From Heteronotia binoei (taxonomy: Eukaryota), in assembly GCF_032191835.1 (NCBI RefSeq), contig NC_083223.1, positions 226,114,001-226,178,000 on the forward strand: a stretch of 64,000 nt of DNA. Reading direction: 5' to 3'. Below the pieces are notes generated by a model, which made no database searches, had not been told where the DNA came from, and saw nothing but the letters and a program-made list of their open reading frames with translations. The position numbers were made by a program, and so were the translations under genes. Shown here one piece after another: positions 37,101 through 52,100 of this stretch (positions within the stretch are counted from its first letter, which is position 1; every line of letters starts with the position of its first letter).

Positions 37101-40100
37101 ACACTGGATAGAATATTTGGAAAGAGAAAGGCAAACCAACAAAACTGAGAAACCTGTGGGGGAACACTTTAACCTTCCAAAGTATTCAATGGATGACCTC
37201 AAAGTAGCTGTTTTACTGCAAAGGAACTTCAAGAACCTAATGGAGAGAGAAATTGCTGAATTACAAATTACTATGAAACTTGGAACAAACACCTTCCCAG
37301 GACTGAACAGGGATATTGGTTTTTTATCTCATTACATATGCTAAACCCACTTTCACCAAGTATGGCGATATATCCACAGTATTCCAATGTATTTCTCTTT
37401 TAGGATAGTGTTATCAGAATAATGCTTTTGTACTGACATACTCAAACAAGGGATATTGGTTGTTTATCTCAGTACCTATACTAAACCCATATTCCACTAT
37501 ATTTTAATGTATTTTTTCCTAATGGCAAACTAGAATGATATATATATTTATGTTACATGTTAAAAGGTAAATTAGTTGGACAGGAAAAACTTCTGGGAAA
37601 GAAGTGCCCTCATTTTGACCCAGGTTTATTAGCAATAGAATAATTAACAGGCATTCTCACATTCTGACATGTTACTGCTTTATGGTTTCCCACGCTAATG
37701 CAATCCAGATCAAAGGTTTTCTGAATTTGTTAATTTTACTATTCTGCTATTGGTTTTTAACTTTGTACCACTTGGCATTCCAAACCCCACCAGCTATATG
37801 TGGCTCTGCTTCCTATACCTCATTCCTCGTCTGAAGAAGTGTGCATGCACACGAAAGCTTACGTTCTGAATAAAACTAAGTTGGTCTTAAAGGTGCAATC
37901 GACTCCTATTTTGTTCTACTACTTCAGACCAACACGGCTGCCTACTTGGATCTATCAATAAACCCAAAATGAATGTTTAGAGGTTGTTGGCACTGTTCAA
38001 GCACAGTACTCTGCATTTTAGACATGTTCTTAAGCAGTGTAGCATCCTAGCCACTTTGTAACACTTAGCGGAAAACACAGACACAAAGTTCCATCAATTT
38101 AAACAGAAAAAAGAGCTTGTGCATATTTTATCATACAGATGAAATTCTTCACCCTCTGAGAAATCAACGTTTGCATCAGCTGGTGCTAAGTCTGTGATAC
38201 TCAGTGGCTCAGGAGCCACCTGTGGCTCTTCTGAGCACTGTTCCCTAATGTGGCACCCTCTCCATGTTCCAGGAAACCTGTCCAATGGGACTTATGGATG
38301 GCTGGTGGCTTGCATCTTGAAACAGCTGCTGCCAGAGGGACTGGAAGACAGGAAAGCTGTGAGTCTTCCTGATCTGTGAGCCTCAAACCAGGGATGGAAG
38401 TAAAGGACACATGTTCTGTAACAACCCCTTCTCCACAGCCTCTGCACTTTCATCACAGGACCTAGCTGCCTGCCATGAAAAGAGCAAACCAGATGCAGAG
38501 GAGAGACAATAAAATCACCAGCTCCATGGCAGCCTCCCAGGAACTGGTAGTTGTTTTTAATTCCCTTTCCTCATGTCCAGTTCTCTCTCTTCCAAGTGCC
38601 TTGGCAATCTCTTTTCTTTCCCAACCTATGGAGCCTCACGCTGAGGAAAGAACAAGAAAGACCTGGAGCTGACTGCAGCTCAGATCATGAGCTACTCAAT
38701 GCAAAATTCAGGCTTAAACTGAAGAAAACTGGGGAAGCCATTAGGCCATTCAGGTTTGACCTTGATCACATCCCTTATGAATATACAGTGGAGGTGAAGA
38801 ATAGGTTTAAGGGACTAGAGTTGATAGACAGAGTGCCTGAAGAACTATGGATGGAGGTTCGTGACATTGTACAGAAGGCAGCAATCAGCACCATCCCAAA
38901 GAAAAAGAAATGCAGGAAAGCAAAGTGGCTGTCTGATAAGGCTTTACAAATAGCTGAGGAAAAAAGGAAAGCAAAAGGCAAAGGTGAAAAGGAAAGATTC
39001 ACCCAACTGAATGCAGATTTTCAGAGAACAGCAAGAAGAGATAAGGAGGCCTTCCTGAAGGAACAATGCAAAGCAATAGAGGAAAATAATAGAATAGGAA
39101 GGACAAGAGATCTATTCAAGAAAATTGGAGAAATCAAGCGAACGTTTCGTGCAAAGATGGCCATGATAAAGGACAAAAATGGTAGGAATTTAACAGAAGC
39201 AGAAGAGATCAGGAAGAGGTGACAAAAATACACAGAAGAATTATACAAGAAGGATCTCAATGTCCCGGACAACCATGACAGTGAAATCGATGACCTTGAG
39301 CCAGACATCCTGGGGAGTGAAGTCAAATGGGCTTTAGAAAGCATTACTAACAACAAAGCGAGCAGAGATGATGGTATCCCAGTTGAGCTATTCAAAGTCC
39401 TAAAAGATGATGCTGTTAAAGTGATGCACACATTATGTCAACAAATTTGAAAAACACAACAGTGGCCACAGGGTTGGAAAAGATTGGTTTATATTCCAAT
39501 CCCAAAGAAGAGTAATGCCAAGAAACGTTCAAACCACTGCACTATTGCACCATTGCACTCATTTCACATGCCAGCAAGGTCATGTTAAAGATCCTACAAG
39601 CTAGGCTTCAGTAGTATGTAGATCGTGAACTACCAGAAGTTCAAGCTGGGTTTCGGAGAGGTAGGGGAACTAGAGATCAAACTGCCAACATTCGATGGAT
39701 TATGGAGAAAGCACGGGAGTATCAGAAAAACGTCTATTTCTGCTTCATTGACTATGCTAAAGCCTTTGATTGTGTGGATCACAACAAACTGTGTCAGTCC
39801 TTAAAGAGATGGGAGTACCAGACCACCTCACATGTCTCCTGAGAAACCTATATAAGGGTCAAGAAGCAACGGTCAGAACGGGATTTGGAACAACCGATTG
39901 GTTTAGAATAGGAAAAGGAGTTCGACAAGGATGTATATTGTCACCCTGCTTATTTAATTTATATGCAGAGTACATCATGCAGAATGTTGGCCTGGATGAA
40001 GCACAAGCTGGAATTAAGATTGCCGGGAAAAACATCAACAATCTAAGATATGCAGATGACACTACTCTAATGGCAGAAAGTGAGGAGGACCTAAAGAACC

Positions 40101-43100
40101 TCTTGTTGAGGGTGAAAGAGGAGAGCACAAAAGTAGGCTTGACACTCAACATAAAAAAAAACGAAGATCACAGCATCTGGCCCCATCACACCTTGGCAAA
40201 TAGAAGGGGAAGAGATGGAAGTAGTGACAGTCTTCACATTTCTGGGATCCAGGATCACTGCAGATGGTGACTGTAGCCATTAAATTAAAAGACGTTTGCT
40301 CCTTGGGAGGACAGCTATGGCGAACTTGGGCAGTATAATAAAAAGTAGAGACATCACCCTGCTAACAAAAGTCTGTATAGTCAAAGCGATGGTATTCCCA
40401 GTAGAAATGTATGGCTGTGAGAGCTGGACCATAAGGAAGGCCGAGTGCAGAAGAATAGATGTTTTTGAGATGTGGTGCTGGAGAAGAATCTTGAGAGTCC
40501 CTTGGACTGCAAGAAGCTCAAATCAGTCAGTCCTAAAGGAGATCAACCCAGACTGTTCACTGGAAGGTCAGATGCTGAAGCTCAAATACTTTGGCCATCA
40601 AATGAGAAGGGAGCACTCCCTGGAGAAGGTCCTGATGCTAGGAAAGACAGAAGGCAAAAGAAGAAGTGGATGGCAAAAGATGAGATGGCTGGACAGTGTT
40701 ACTGATGTAACAAACACGAATTTGAGCAGACTTCGGAGGATGGTGGAAGACAGGACTTTGTCCATGGGGTCACAAAGAGTCGGACTCAACTGTGCGACTG
40801 AACGACATCAGCAGCAGTGAAGTGCTCCCTTTTTAAAGCTTGCAGATATAAAAGATTTACTTTGATGACTGACTTTCCTCATAGTGAGCAATATACAGGC
40901 AAATTGGAAGCACAGTGGAAGTGAAATAGAAAAGTCAAAGCCACCTGTTTTTTTGTTAGAGGGATGCAAATTCTTATTACCTCACTGCTTGGCTGAAATG
41001 TGATTTGTGTTGATCCTCCTCCTAAATCCAGCATCCCTACACTTCTCTTTGTAGGATCATTCAAGTTGCCTGAAACACATAATTTTTTTGTAATGCAATA
41101 GTTATGCAATCTACATTTTTTACAAAATAAACCACAAAAAGCATTATTTGAACTCCTGCAATATCATCTAGTAGATGACCAGGCTGAATTCTTGGGCATG
41201 GGAAAACAGCAGGAGGACTAGGGCTTAGTTCCCATGGATGATTTCTGCAGGTGGAGAAGGGGGCAATCCGTTTCACTCCTTCCACTACAAACTTGTAACT
41301 CAATTTTTGCTGTTCCCAGGGATTATCTCCCCCCCCCCCACCAGCAGTGATTCAAGGGGTATTTGGGCCATGGTAGGAGGGGGCAGGCAGGGAAGTTGTT
41401 CTCCGTGGGTGATCCCTTCTGTCTACAGAATTCTCCAATGGATCAAAAAACAGCAACAAAAACTTCCTCTAAAGAAAGATTCCCTGATAAAAATAATAAT
41501 AAAAAGAACAGTATCAGTACTTATTCCATTGTTACTCAGTTTTGCTAAACATCACATATATACAATCCCAATAGTCATTTCTTTGATGCAGTTACATGGA
41601 CAACATTCATATCTCCTTTTTAAAACTTATACAATTTTGGATAACAGATGGCCCACCCCAACCTTCTACTTTCCTGGAATTTGTCCCCTCACTTTTCCAT
41701 AACATTTGCAGTAACCCAAGAAGTAAAGCCACCATGGAAGAAACTTTTAACAAATCCTTTCCCAACCCACAGCACCATCTACTCAGAGGAAAAACAAGGA
41801 ATAAAGAGGCGGGGGGGGGGGGGGGGAAGAAAAGGCATTAATTCCCTCAGGGTCCAGAAATTAAAGTTTAATCAAGTTATATGAAACACTCCCATTGCCA
41901 CATTTCCTATATTTAAAAAATGGAAATCCTGTCTTGATATTCCAATCCACTGATCTGTGTACTTGCAGAATGACAGGGACTTGTGCAATGCTCTGCACAT
42001 TATAGTAAACATTTTCTATCATGGCAATAACTATCATAAAGAAAAACACAATGTGAGAATGGGTAGCAGGTGCGCCCATGGAGCATGCCATTTGTAGCTA
42101 CAGAATTTGTCCAATTGTAGAGTCAGAAAAATGCAAAACTATTTCTGAAACAGCATAGTACATAAAAACAAGATGCATGCACAGATTTTAAATGCTTGAT
42201 TTTAAAAAGAACAGACATATGAACAAATCATTTGTATGACAAGAAAGATATTGGGCAGCAAGGGACCATCCCTGTCTACATTGGCACAGCACTTACATGT
42301 AGAGGGATCTCCACAGACATAAGAGTCTGGTCCCTCTCCCCTTCCCTTTAGCATATGCACAGGGGAACTCAGCACTGTACACCACACCAATTCAGGGGAT
42401 GGGAGGTCTGCACGAGCCTCATTGATGCCTGCCATGTTTTGCCTCCTTTCTGTATTAAGGAACACAAGGTTGTACCTCATGTTTTTTGAAAAAGCAGAGA
42501 TGGGTAGGGGTGGTCAGGAATGTGCAGAGGCCTCCAGTTTCCTGGCATGGCACTTGGAAAACATATTTGGAGGGAGCTGGTAAGGAGACAGAGAAAATAA
42601 CTATTTTTGTCCTATGGAGAGAGATCTTCATGCACAGGTATGCTTTAAATTCATTTCTGAATGTTACTTTTATCATCAAGAAACCATATAAAGCACAAAG
42701 CAGCAAGCTGTGTGTCACTCTGTCCAATATAATGTATCATTCTAGTGTGAACATTAGAGTTATTTTGGGAATTATATGAATGTAAATATATACATACCTA
42801 TTCTTTTTTTCCTGTGCTTCTCCAAAATATATTTTAATATAATGGCTCTCCTAGCAATTCCGCTAGGTAGTTTTACAAAACAAATACTATTTAGTTAAGA
42901 GTACTTCACTTACAGGTACAAATTGCTTATATCTGCTTATATACATACCAGTTAAAAAGTTGAGCGTTATCCATGCAGAAATACCTGGCAAGAAAAATTC
43001 TGAAGTTATGTGAGTTTACACAAAGCAAGTTTTCTACCTTGATTGATAAAACTAAAACAGTTGGAGCGAGGTTTGTTCAGTCATGAATGGGAAACAGAAT

Positions 43101-46100
43101 TCCAGAGCAGATTCGGTTTATGTAACTGCAAAATTGTGAGTACAACAGATCTAAATGGGCTGCATTTGCCAGAGAAATAAACTTCTGTGATCTAGGAGAA
43201 AACTCAGTGTTGATGTGAATTTTTATGCATGGAATTCCTCATCTGGCTCTTGAGAAATCCAGCTTTCATTCACACATGGACTTAATTGGTCTATGGCACC
43301 AGGGTATATCCTTCTCTTGGAAGCCAGGTGATATTTACACAGCAAAGTGCCCATCTATGCAGCATAAATAACAGCTGAAATAAGGCACAGTTGGTGAAAA
43401 CAGAAAGTACCACATTTGTTGGATTTTGCCACCTATCATAAACAACTGTGAATTCCAAAGGCAATCTTTTTGCTGTATGATAGCTGCTGCCAAGGAATAA
43501 GAATGACCAACTACTAGCAGGATTGGCAGATCTCATACTTGTAACATGTCATCACCTGTACCTCTCTCACATTGTCTCCTCCCTCTACTTCATCCCTGCC
43601 AGTCTTTAGGCATTCCTGCCTGGCTCATTGGAGCCTGTCCAAGTGCGCTTGGACAGAGGCTGCCTCTTTCTGCTTGTGTTACTTTGCAGGTATCATGTGA
43701 ATGGACGACAGTTAAAAATATAAAGGATATTATCAACAACAACCACTGAAGCCCCTATTCCCCAATAGGTCTGTCTACTATACAGAAAAGTTTCAGCATT
43801 TTTGGTGGGAGGGAGGAGTATAACGATTCTTAAATCATCTTTTTATCCCCGAATCAAAACAACTGTATGAAATCACTTCAAAGAAACTTAACCTACCTTC
43901 ATCTTTTCCTTCCATTATGGAGACACAGTCATCCTTTACCAAGAATGGAGACTCGTGAAAAATCTGCTTTACCTAAAATTAAACAAGAGAAGCCATGTTG
44001 GACCAGGCCAATAGCCCATCCAGTCCCCATACAGGGGCCAAAACTCTATCTCAGGGGTGTAAGTCATTTGTTATAAGGGCTGGATCTGACATAAATGAGA
44101 CCTTGTTGGGCCAGGCTGGGCCATGTGTGTACCTATTTAAGATTAGGTAGCAGAGATATAAATGTTATAAAGGACACAGACAAACACAATTAAAGGGTAG
44201 GATATAAATTGAGTAAATAAAACATACTTAAAACATTAGCACTCGTTGGTTTTAAAGGTGCTTTCTGTGTATCTCTCCCATGGGATCCAAGAAACTGGGC
44301 AAAGGAAGCTCTGGCTCTTTCCTTCCTTCCCCAGGGGGCCAGGAGAGGGAGGAGTCTCAGCCAGTAGAAGGAAGAAAGACTTGGCTCAGTAGCTCTGCTG
44401 TGCAATTGAAAGAGGCTGGCAAAGCAAGCTTTCCCTCCCCCTTCCTCCCCAAGGGAGAAGCCTCAGCCAATGGAGAAAATAGAGACTTTGCTTTGTAGCT
44501 CCTGTGCAATTGAGCAAGCCTGGCAAAGCAAGCTGTGATGCAGAAGGAATCGAGAAAAAGAATGAAGTAGATGACAGCCAGTTGCTCGGGGGCCTGATAG
44601 GAGCCCTACAAGGGCCTGATTCGCCCCCCCCCCCCAGTTGCATGTTTGACACTCCTGGTCTATCTCATGCATAATTCTGTAAAACTCTATCATGTTACCC
44701 CTCAATTGCTGTTTCTCCAAGCTAAAGACTCTAACCTCCTAAGCCTTTGTGGCCTTTTGATATTATTTGGGCACTGGAGTCACTTATTTCTATCTGACAT
44801 GGGGCTTTTTGCTATTAATTGTTGATACTATTTATTGTTTTATTTTGATGGTTTTATGATGTAAGCCACCCTAAGCCCATTTTTGGGATAGGGTGGGATA
44901 TAAATTGAGTAAATAAATTGCCCTTTCTTGCACCTTTTCTAATACTATAATATCTTTTTTGAGGTACAGTGACCAGAACTGTACACAATATTCCAAATTA
45001 GGCCCCCACCATAGATTTATACAGGGGCATTCTGTAATCCCCATCATAGCATTTACCATTTTTTTATGGCAGCCTCACAGTGAGTCAACATCTTCAATGA
45101 GTTATCTACCACATCTCCAAGATTCCTCTTCTGGTTGGTTACCACCAGTTCAGACCTCATCAACGTATATTTAGTTAGGATTCTTGGCTCCAGTGTGCCC
45201 ATGATGAACCTCATTTGCCATGTTGACACCCATTCTCCCAGCCTTGACAGATCCCTCTGGACCACCTCAAAGTCCTTGGTTTTCACTGCCCTGAACAATT
45301 TAGTGTCATCCACAAATTAAGCCACTTCCCTGCTTAATCCCAACTCCAGATAATTAATGAACAATTTAAAAAGCACCAGATCTAGTACTGAGAAGTGCGG
45401 TACCCCATTGCTTATCACCTTTCCATAGGGAAAACTGCCAATTTATACTCACTCAGTTTCCTGTTAATTAACCAGTTTTTAACACACAAAAGGACTTGTC
45501 CTCTTATCTCATGACTTCTGAGTTTACTTAGGAGACTTTCGTGTGGGACTTTATAAAAACTTTCTGACATCCAATTTTGCCTCTTACATAAAGGAATGTG
45601 ACCCAACACATCTCCGGAATATTAAAACATACAAGAAAGCTCACACAGATGGAGACATTTATCTATGTATCTTTGGCTCAGAGTTTTTTTTAGGCAAGAA
45701 GCAAACTCTTCAAATGGACCTGGAAAACCAGACATAATAACCAACAGAGATCCTTCAGATACAGCATTGTTCCCTGTGGCTGCTTACAGCTGCAGTCAGA
45801 TTTTGAACCAGTTGTAATCTTCAGATTTATTATTTATAATCCACCTTTCTCACTGAGACTCAAAGCAGACTATAAAGAAAAGATGAAAAAAATCAATCAC
45901 ACAGCTTAACTGTATTCAAACTGTTCTTAAGGGCTGTATCCTCATAATGTGCAGTCTAATAATTAAGTCAGGAACGTTTCCAGGCATATATGACAGTGGA
46001 CAGATTTTTATTATCTACAGGAAAGGGCAATGAAACATATTCCTTGAAACTGCTAGAGTTTGGGCTTCTAGGAATAATACTGGATCAGAAAACAGCCCCA

Positions 46101-49100
46101 GACCACAATGTTGATGAGACAGAACAGGCAAATATCAGGGTCAAAGATCAATGCAATCAGTGGGATGATACATCTGAAAAGTTATATAATAATACCAGAA
46201 TAGCAGAAATTTGAAACAAAGCTGTCATCTGGACAAAGCGTAAATTGTAAACATGACATGTTAAACAATGCAAACATGGCAACATATAAGTAGAAACACA
46301 ATGCAATTTCCTGATATGATGTAGCCTTATTTCCTTTATAAAAAGGGTCTCCTGAACAACTGTGCTTTACAAATTTTGCAAAATGCCAGGAGTATGGGAG
46401 GCTTCCTGACCTCCCCAGGCAGGCCATTCCACAGGATGAGGGCCTTGTCTATATATGTGCCTTCTCTGTAGTGGCCCTCATCCTGTGGAATGGCCTGCCT
46501 GGGGAGGTCAGGAAGCCTCCCATACTCCTGGCATTTTGCAAATAAGGAAATAAGGCTACATCATATCAGGAAATTGCATTGTGTTTCTACTTATATGTTG
46601 CCATGTTTGCATTGTTTAACATGTCATGTTTACAAAAGGGTCTGAGGCCATGGAGAGTTTTGTATGTGATAGCCAATACCTTGAATTGAGCTTGGTAACT
46701 GATGGGTGGCCAATGCAATGAGTGCAGAATAGGTATAACATGTTCTGCCTAACTCCTGAGCTGCAGCATTCTGCACTAACTGGAGTTTCCAAGATAATTT
46801 AAAAGGGAGACCTATGTAAAATGTATTACAATAGTCTTGCAGTCATCATAGCATGAATCCAGATGGCGAGGTCACCCAAGTGCAGGTATGGAGCCATATA
46901 CTGGGTAAACTAAGCTGGAAAACAATTTTTTTCCAGCTGCATTAATTTCCATCTCTAGTAGCAATATAACCCCTAGATGCTTGACTGAGTCAGCAAGAGT
47001 CAGCTGAACTGAATCAAAAGTGAGAAGCACAATATTATTCAAGACCTCAGGCTTCCCAGCCAACATTACCTCCATCTAATCTGGGTTCAGTTTCAGTCAC
47101 TCCAGTCAAGCAGGGGATTTGGATGGAGAGATACAGAGCTCAGTATCATCAGCATATTGATGACACCAAAATCCAAAGGTATGAATGATTTCCGAAGAGC
47201 TTTACAAACAAGGGCCGCCCTGAGCCTGCCTCGGTGGGGAGGGCGGGGGTATAAATTTAATAAAACCTAAAACCTAAACCTAGAAGAAGATGCCCCATCA
47301 ACAGATCTCTACTCTATTTACTTATTTCTTTCTTATCCATCTCCACATCACCACTACTAGTAAAAGAGATCACGGCTAAACATTACTAGCTTTACAAAGA
47401 AAATGAATAATACAGCAGATAAGATTGCATCCTATGGTTTTCCATAGGACAACTCCCAAACTAAAGATAAATTTGCAACCAGATTCAGATTATTTATCAT
47501 TATGGTACATAACCAATAAAAACAATTTAAGTTGCAACCCTGTAAATGTGATCCACGTGGAATAATTTAAACCAGTTCAAGGCATATAATTTGATGGCTA
47601 CTTCTACCTCTGAATGCCTCAACAGGATGGCATGGTTTGTTGTATCAGAGGCTGCAGATAAAACCAGTTGAAGCAACAAAGGAACATGGCCTATGTCTAC
47701 CATCAGACAGAGGTCATCAACCAAAGCTACCATGACTGTCTCTGTCCCACAACCTGCCCTGAATCCACAATGAAAAGGGTCCAGAGCAGATGAATTATCT
47801 AGGAAAACCTGGAGCTGGTTCACTACTGGTCTCTCAAATCACTTTATCCAGAAAAGGCAAGACAGAGCGATCATTGGCTATATATATGCAGGGCCAGTGC
47901 TAGACTTTTTGGTGCCCTAGGCAAGGCTACCATTTGTGCGCCCCCCGCCCCCCAATCTCCAGGTACTTTCCAACCCAGAGCTGGCAACCCTTGGTGAAGT
48001 TCAGTTGGCTAATGAAAGAGAACCATGTAAAGTTTCTCCCTTATATCCATCAGGACTATTTTTTTTAAAAAAAATTGTGGAGCAGGCAGAAATTCTACAA
48101 GTGAAGCACTTCATATAATGCATCTGATTACATGAGTTTTGCTCACAAAAGGTTATGGGGTGACAAATTTTATTAGCCTTTAAAGTATGACTGATCTCCT
48201 TTCACATCTCTACATCCTCATGTGGGGGGGTGGGGGTGGACTGCTGAATTGCTCCGTGCCATGGAGATGTTCCTAGTAGGGAAGGGAATGCAAAAACTTC
48301 TGCTCTGTCACCTCTGATCACTGAGGTGGCCTGATTCCTTATTTCTTTTAGCATGCCAGGGTCTGCGATGACAGATGGGTATTCTGCCAGTGAGGGACAG
48401 TTGGCCCTTCCCTTCTCCCAGGGTGTGGGGAAAGGGAAAACGTGGGGGAAAATGTCACTTTTGGCTCTGAGGGATCCCCTCCGATCCCTCAGAGCCAGAG
48501 CCGAAAGGACAGTTGGCCCTTCCCTTCCCCTGCACCTTGGAGGGCATGGAGGAAGGGAAAACGCCACTTTCAGCTCTGAAGGATCCTTCAGAGCCAAAAG
48601 AGCAGCGGAGGCTCCGGGAAGGCATGAGCAAGCGGGGAGGGGACGCCTGCCTCTTGTCCCTGCAGGGTGCTGGCGCCCTAGGCCTGCATTTATATGGTTT
48701 TTCAAAGTAGCAGATGGATAATTGCCTCTTTGAGTGGATGCCCTAAGGTAGTTATTGATTAATATACATCAAGGGTTCACAGATGAGCTTCTTAAATGAT
48801 TTTAGCAGCCAGGATAGGCAAAATGCCAGCATATAAATGGAGGCCTTCAAGGATCCAAGGATCCCGATAACATCCATCCTGGTAATTCGGCCAAAATGGT
48901 CCATAAGCAGACCAGATATATATCAGACATTTATTTTGCCTTGCCTGTATTACAACTAGCATTCAAATCAGAGTGTATTCTTGAAATTTTATCAGCAATG
49001 TGTTTGGCAAAAGTATAACAGCTAGTTGTCTGTTCAGGAGATACTAAAGGTTCATATTTAGGAGTCATAAAATGTCTAAATATCTTAAACCGGAATCCCC

Positions 49101-52100
49101 ACTGTGGTGCCTCTGGATGCCATGATGCCCTCTGCACCTTTCCTGGTGCCTACCAAATGTTTTTAGAAAGTGGGTGGCCAGATGAAGGTCTTGATCAGCA
49201 GTACTTCTGAGTAACCACTGGAGATCTCAAAAGGACTAAAATATTGTTTTAGTGGCAGCTGCATATGTAGTGTCACTATTATTCCTTTCTCACTTCTCCT
49301 CCCCAGTGTATTTTTAAAATAACCCCTCTTCTCTCCTGCACTTGGGATTCCTATTTCTATGTATGGCTCCACCTCCAGCAGCAGCCATTTTGTAGCTGGC
49401 CCTGCTTCTTGCAGCAGCCATTTTGTGGTTGCAATCTACCACCCTATGTTAGATGTCCAAATGAGCCACAGGCTCAAAAAGGTTGGGGATCCCTGCCTTA
49501 AACAACAGAGGTGGTCATGAGCCAGCAGATGCAAAGGTTGCAGAGAAGCGAATTTTTTTTTTGCTACTATCACTGCTGCTGTATAGTAGTAGAAAAGAGT
49601 AAAAATCCAGTAGCACTTTAAAGTCTAATAAAATTTGTGGGAGGGTATGAGCTTTCATGAGTCTTTAGAGGAGAGCAGTGACTCATAAAAGCTCTTAACT
49701 TCCCACAGACTTTTTAGTCTTTCAGTTGCTACTGCACTCTTACCCTTTTCTACTGCTACAGACAGACTAAAATGGCTACCCACCTTGCTGCGGCATAGAT
49801 CTTCCTTTAAACCATACTCTGGGACTTCCCTTGTCTTTAGAATTTAAATTAGGATTATAAATGATATTTTACCTGTACAACTACTGATTTAATTAAAATA
49901 TTCTAATATTTATACCATGATCCATTAATTAATAAACTTCAAGAATAATATTGGATAACAGAAATGACTGCATTGGTAATGCATTATGCAGTTAATGTTA
50001 AATCATCCAGAGGCTTAGAGTTACGCATTATAGGTATGCTAATAACACTGCTATGTGTTTCCTGAAGGTAAGCTAGTTTGGTCAGCATCTGGATGGGAGA
50101 CTTCCTAGGAACCCCATGTAATCTGCCCTAAGAAAATTGGAACATTAAAGTAACTAAACAATGTTGTAGTTGTTTTAAAGAAAAAGTACCTTATCCAGCA
50201 ATTCTTGTGCTTTTTCTCCTGGAAGTAGCCTTAAACCAGCTGTTGCTTTAAGGACTAAAGGGGTGGACTTCCATAATGACATAGGAACAACTTCCTTAGC
50301 AACTGTAAGCAGCTCATTTATTCCTTGAACACTCTGAAGAGACAAAACAAATCACAATATTGCTTGTTTAGCAGCTAAATAATTATTTAGTGAGAGATGC
50401 ATATGTATTAACATTCAGATATGTTTTACTATTATTTATCATTACCTGCCTAGGACCATGATATAAGAAAATACTTACACTTGACATTTTTCAAAGTCAA
50501 CTAAACCTCCAAAAGCTCAACTTTCCTTTTGCCAGAGGCCCAACCCTGCTTTCAAATCCAGATCCAGTCTGCTGCCATCTTTATGATGCCCATACTTCTT
50601 TTCTAAGTCACAGCATACTTACAGTATGTCACAGAAGTGAGTACACCCCTTCACATTTTGTAAATATTTAACTATAACTTTTCATGTGACAACACTGAAA
50701 AAATGACTAGCTATCACTTGGCTACAATGTAAAGTAGTGAGTAAAGGTAGTCCCCTGTGCAAGAACCAGTCGTTTTCGACTCTGGGGTGATGTCGCATCA
50801 CAACGTTTTCACGGCAGACTTTTTACAGGGTGGTTTGCCATTGCCTTCCCCAGTCATCTACACTTTCCCCCCAGCAAGCTGGGTACTCATTTCACCGACC
50901 TCGGAAGGATGGAAGGCTGAGTCAACCTGGAGCCGACTTCCGCTGGGATCGAACTCAGGTCGTGAGCAGAGGATTCCGACTGCAGTACTGCAGCTTTACC
51001 ACTAACAGTGTAAATGTGCTGTCTCTTCAAAATTACGCAACACACAGCCATTTAATGTCTAAACTGCTGGCAACAAAAGTGAGTGCACCCCTAAGTGATA
51101 ATGTCCACATGGGGCCCAAAGTGTCAATATTTTGTGTGGCCACCATTATTTTCCAGCACTGCCTTAACCCTCTTGGGCATAGAGTTCACCAGAGCTTCAC
51201 AGGTTGCCACTGGAGTCCTCTTCCACTCCTCCATGACGACGTCATGTAGCTGGTGGATGTTAGAGACCTTGTGCACCTCCACCTTCCGTTTCAGGATGCC
51301 CCACAGATGCTCAAAAGGGTTAGGTCTGGAGACATGCTTGGCCAGTCTATAACCTTAACCTTCAGCTTCTTTAGCAAGGCAGTGGTCATTCTGGAGGTGT
51401 GTTTGGGGTCGTTATCATGTTGGAATACTGCCCTGCAGCCCAGTCTCCAAAGGGAGGGGATCATGCTCTGCTTCATGACATTCCCACCACCATGCTTGAC
51501 TGTAGGGAAGACACACTTGTCTTTGTATTCCTCACCTGGTTGCCGCCACACATGCTTGACACCATCTGAACCAAATAAGTTTATCTTGGTCTCATCGGGC
51601 CACAGGACATGGTTCCAGAAAACCATGTCCTTAGCCTGCTTGTCTGCAGCAAACCATTTGCGGGCTTTCTTGTGCATCATCTTTAGAAGAGGCTTCCTTC
51701 TGGGACGACAGCCCTGCAGAACAATTTGATGCGGTGTTCGGCGTATGGTCTGAGCACTGACAGGCTGACCCCCCACCCCTTCAACCTCTGTAGTAATGCT
51801 GGCAGCACTCATATGTCTATTTCCCAAAGCCAACCTCTGGGTATGACGCTGAGCATGGGCACTCAACTTCTTTGGTCGACCATGGCGAGGCCTGTTCTGA
51901 GTGGAACCTGTCCTGTTAAACCGCTGTATAGTCTTGGCCACCGTGCTGCAGCTGTTTCAGGGTCTTGGCAATCTTCTTATAGCCTAGGCCATCTTTATGT
52001 AGAGCAACAATTGGTTTTTTCTGCTCCTCAGAGAGTTCATTGCCATGAGGTGCCATGTGGAACTTCCAGTGACCAGTATGAGGGAGTGAAAGCGATAACC

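Noticed and set aside
47889-48690. Single hAT MITE spanning 47889-48686
   Set aside because: The ends look MITE-like, but no matching 8-bp TSD was found and the interior is composite, so the boundaries cannot be supported.
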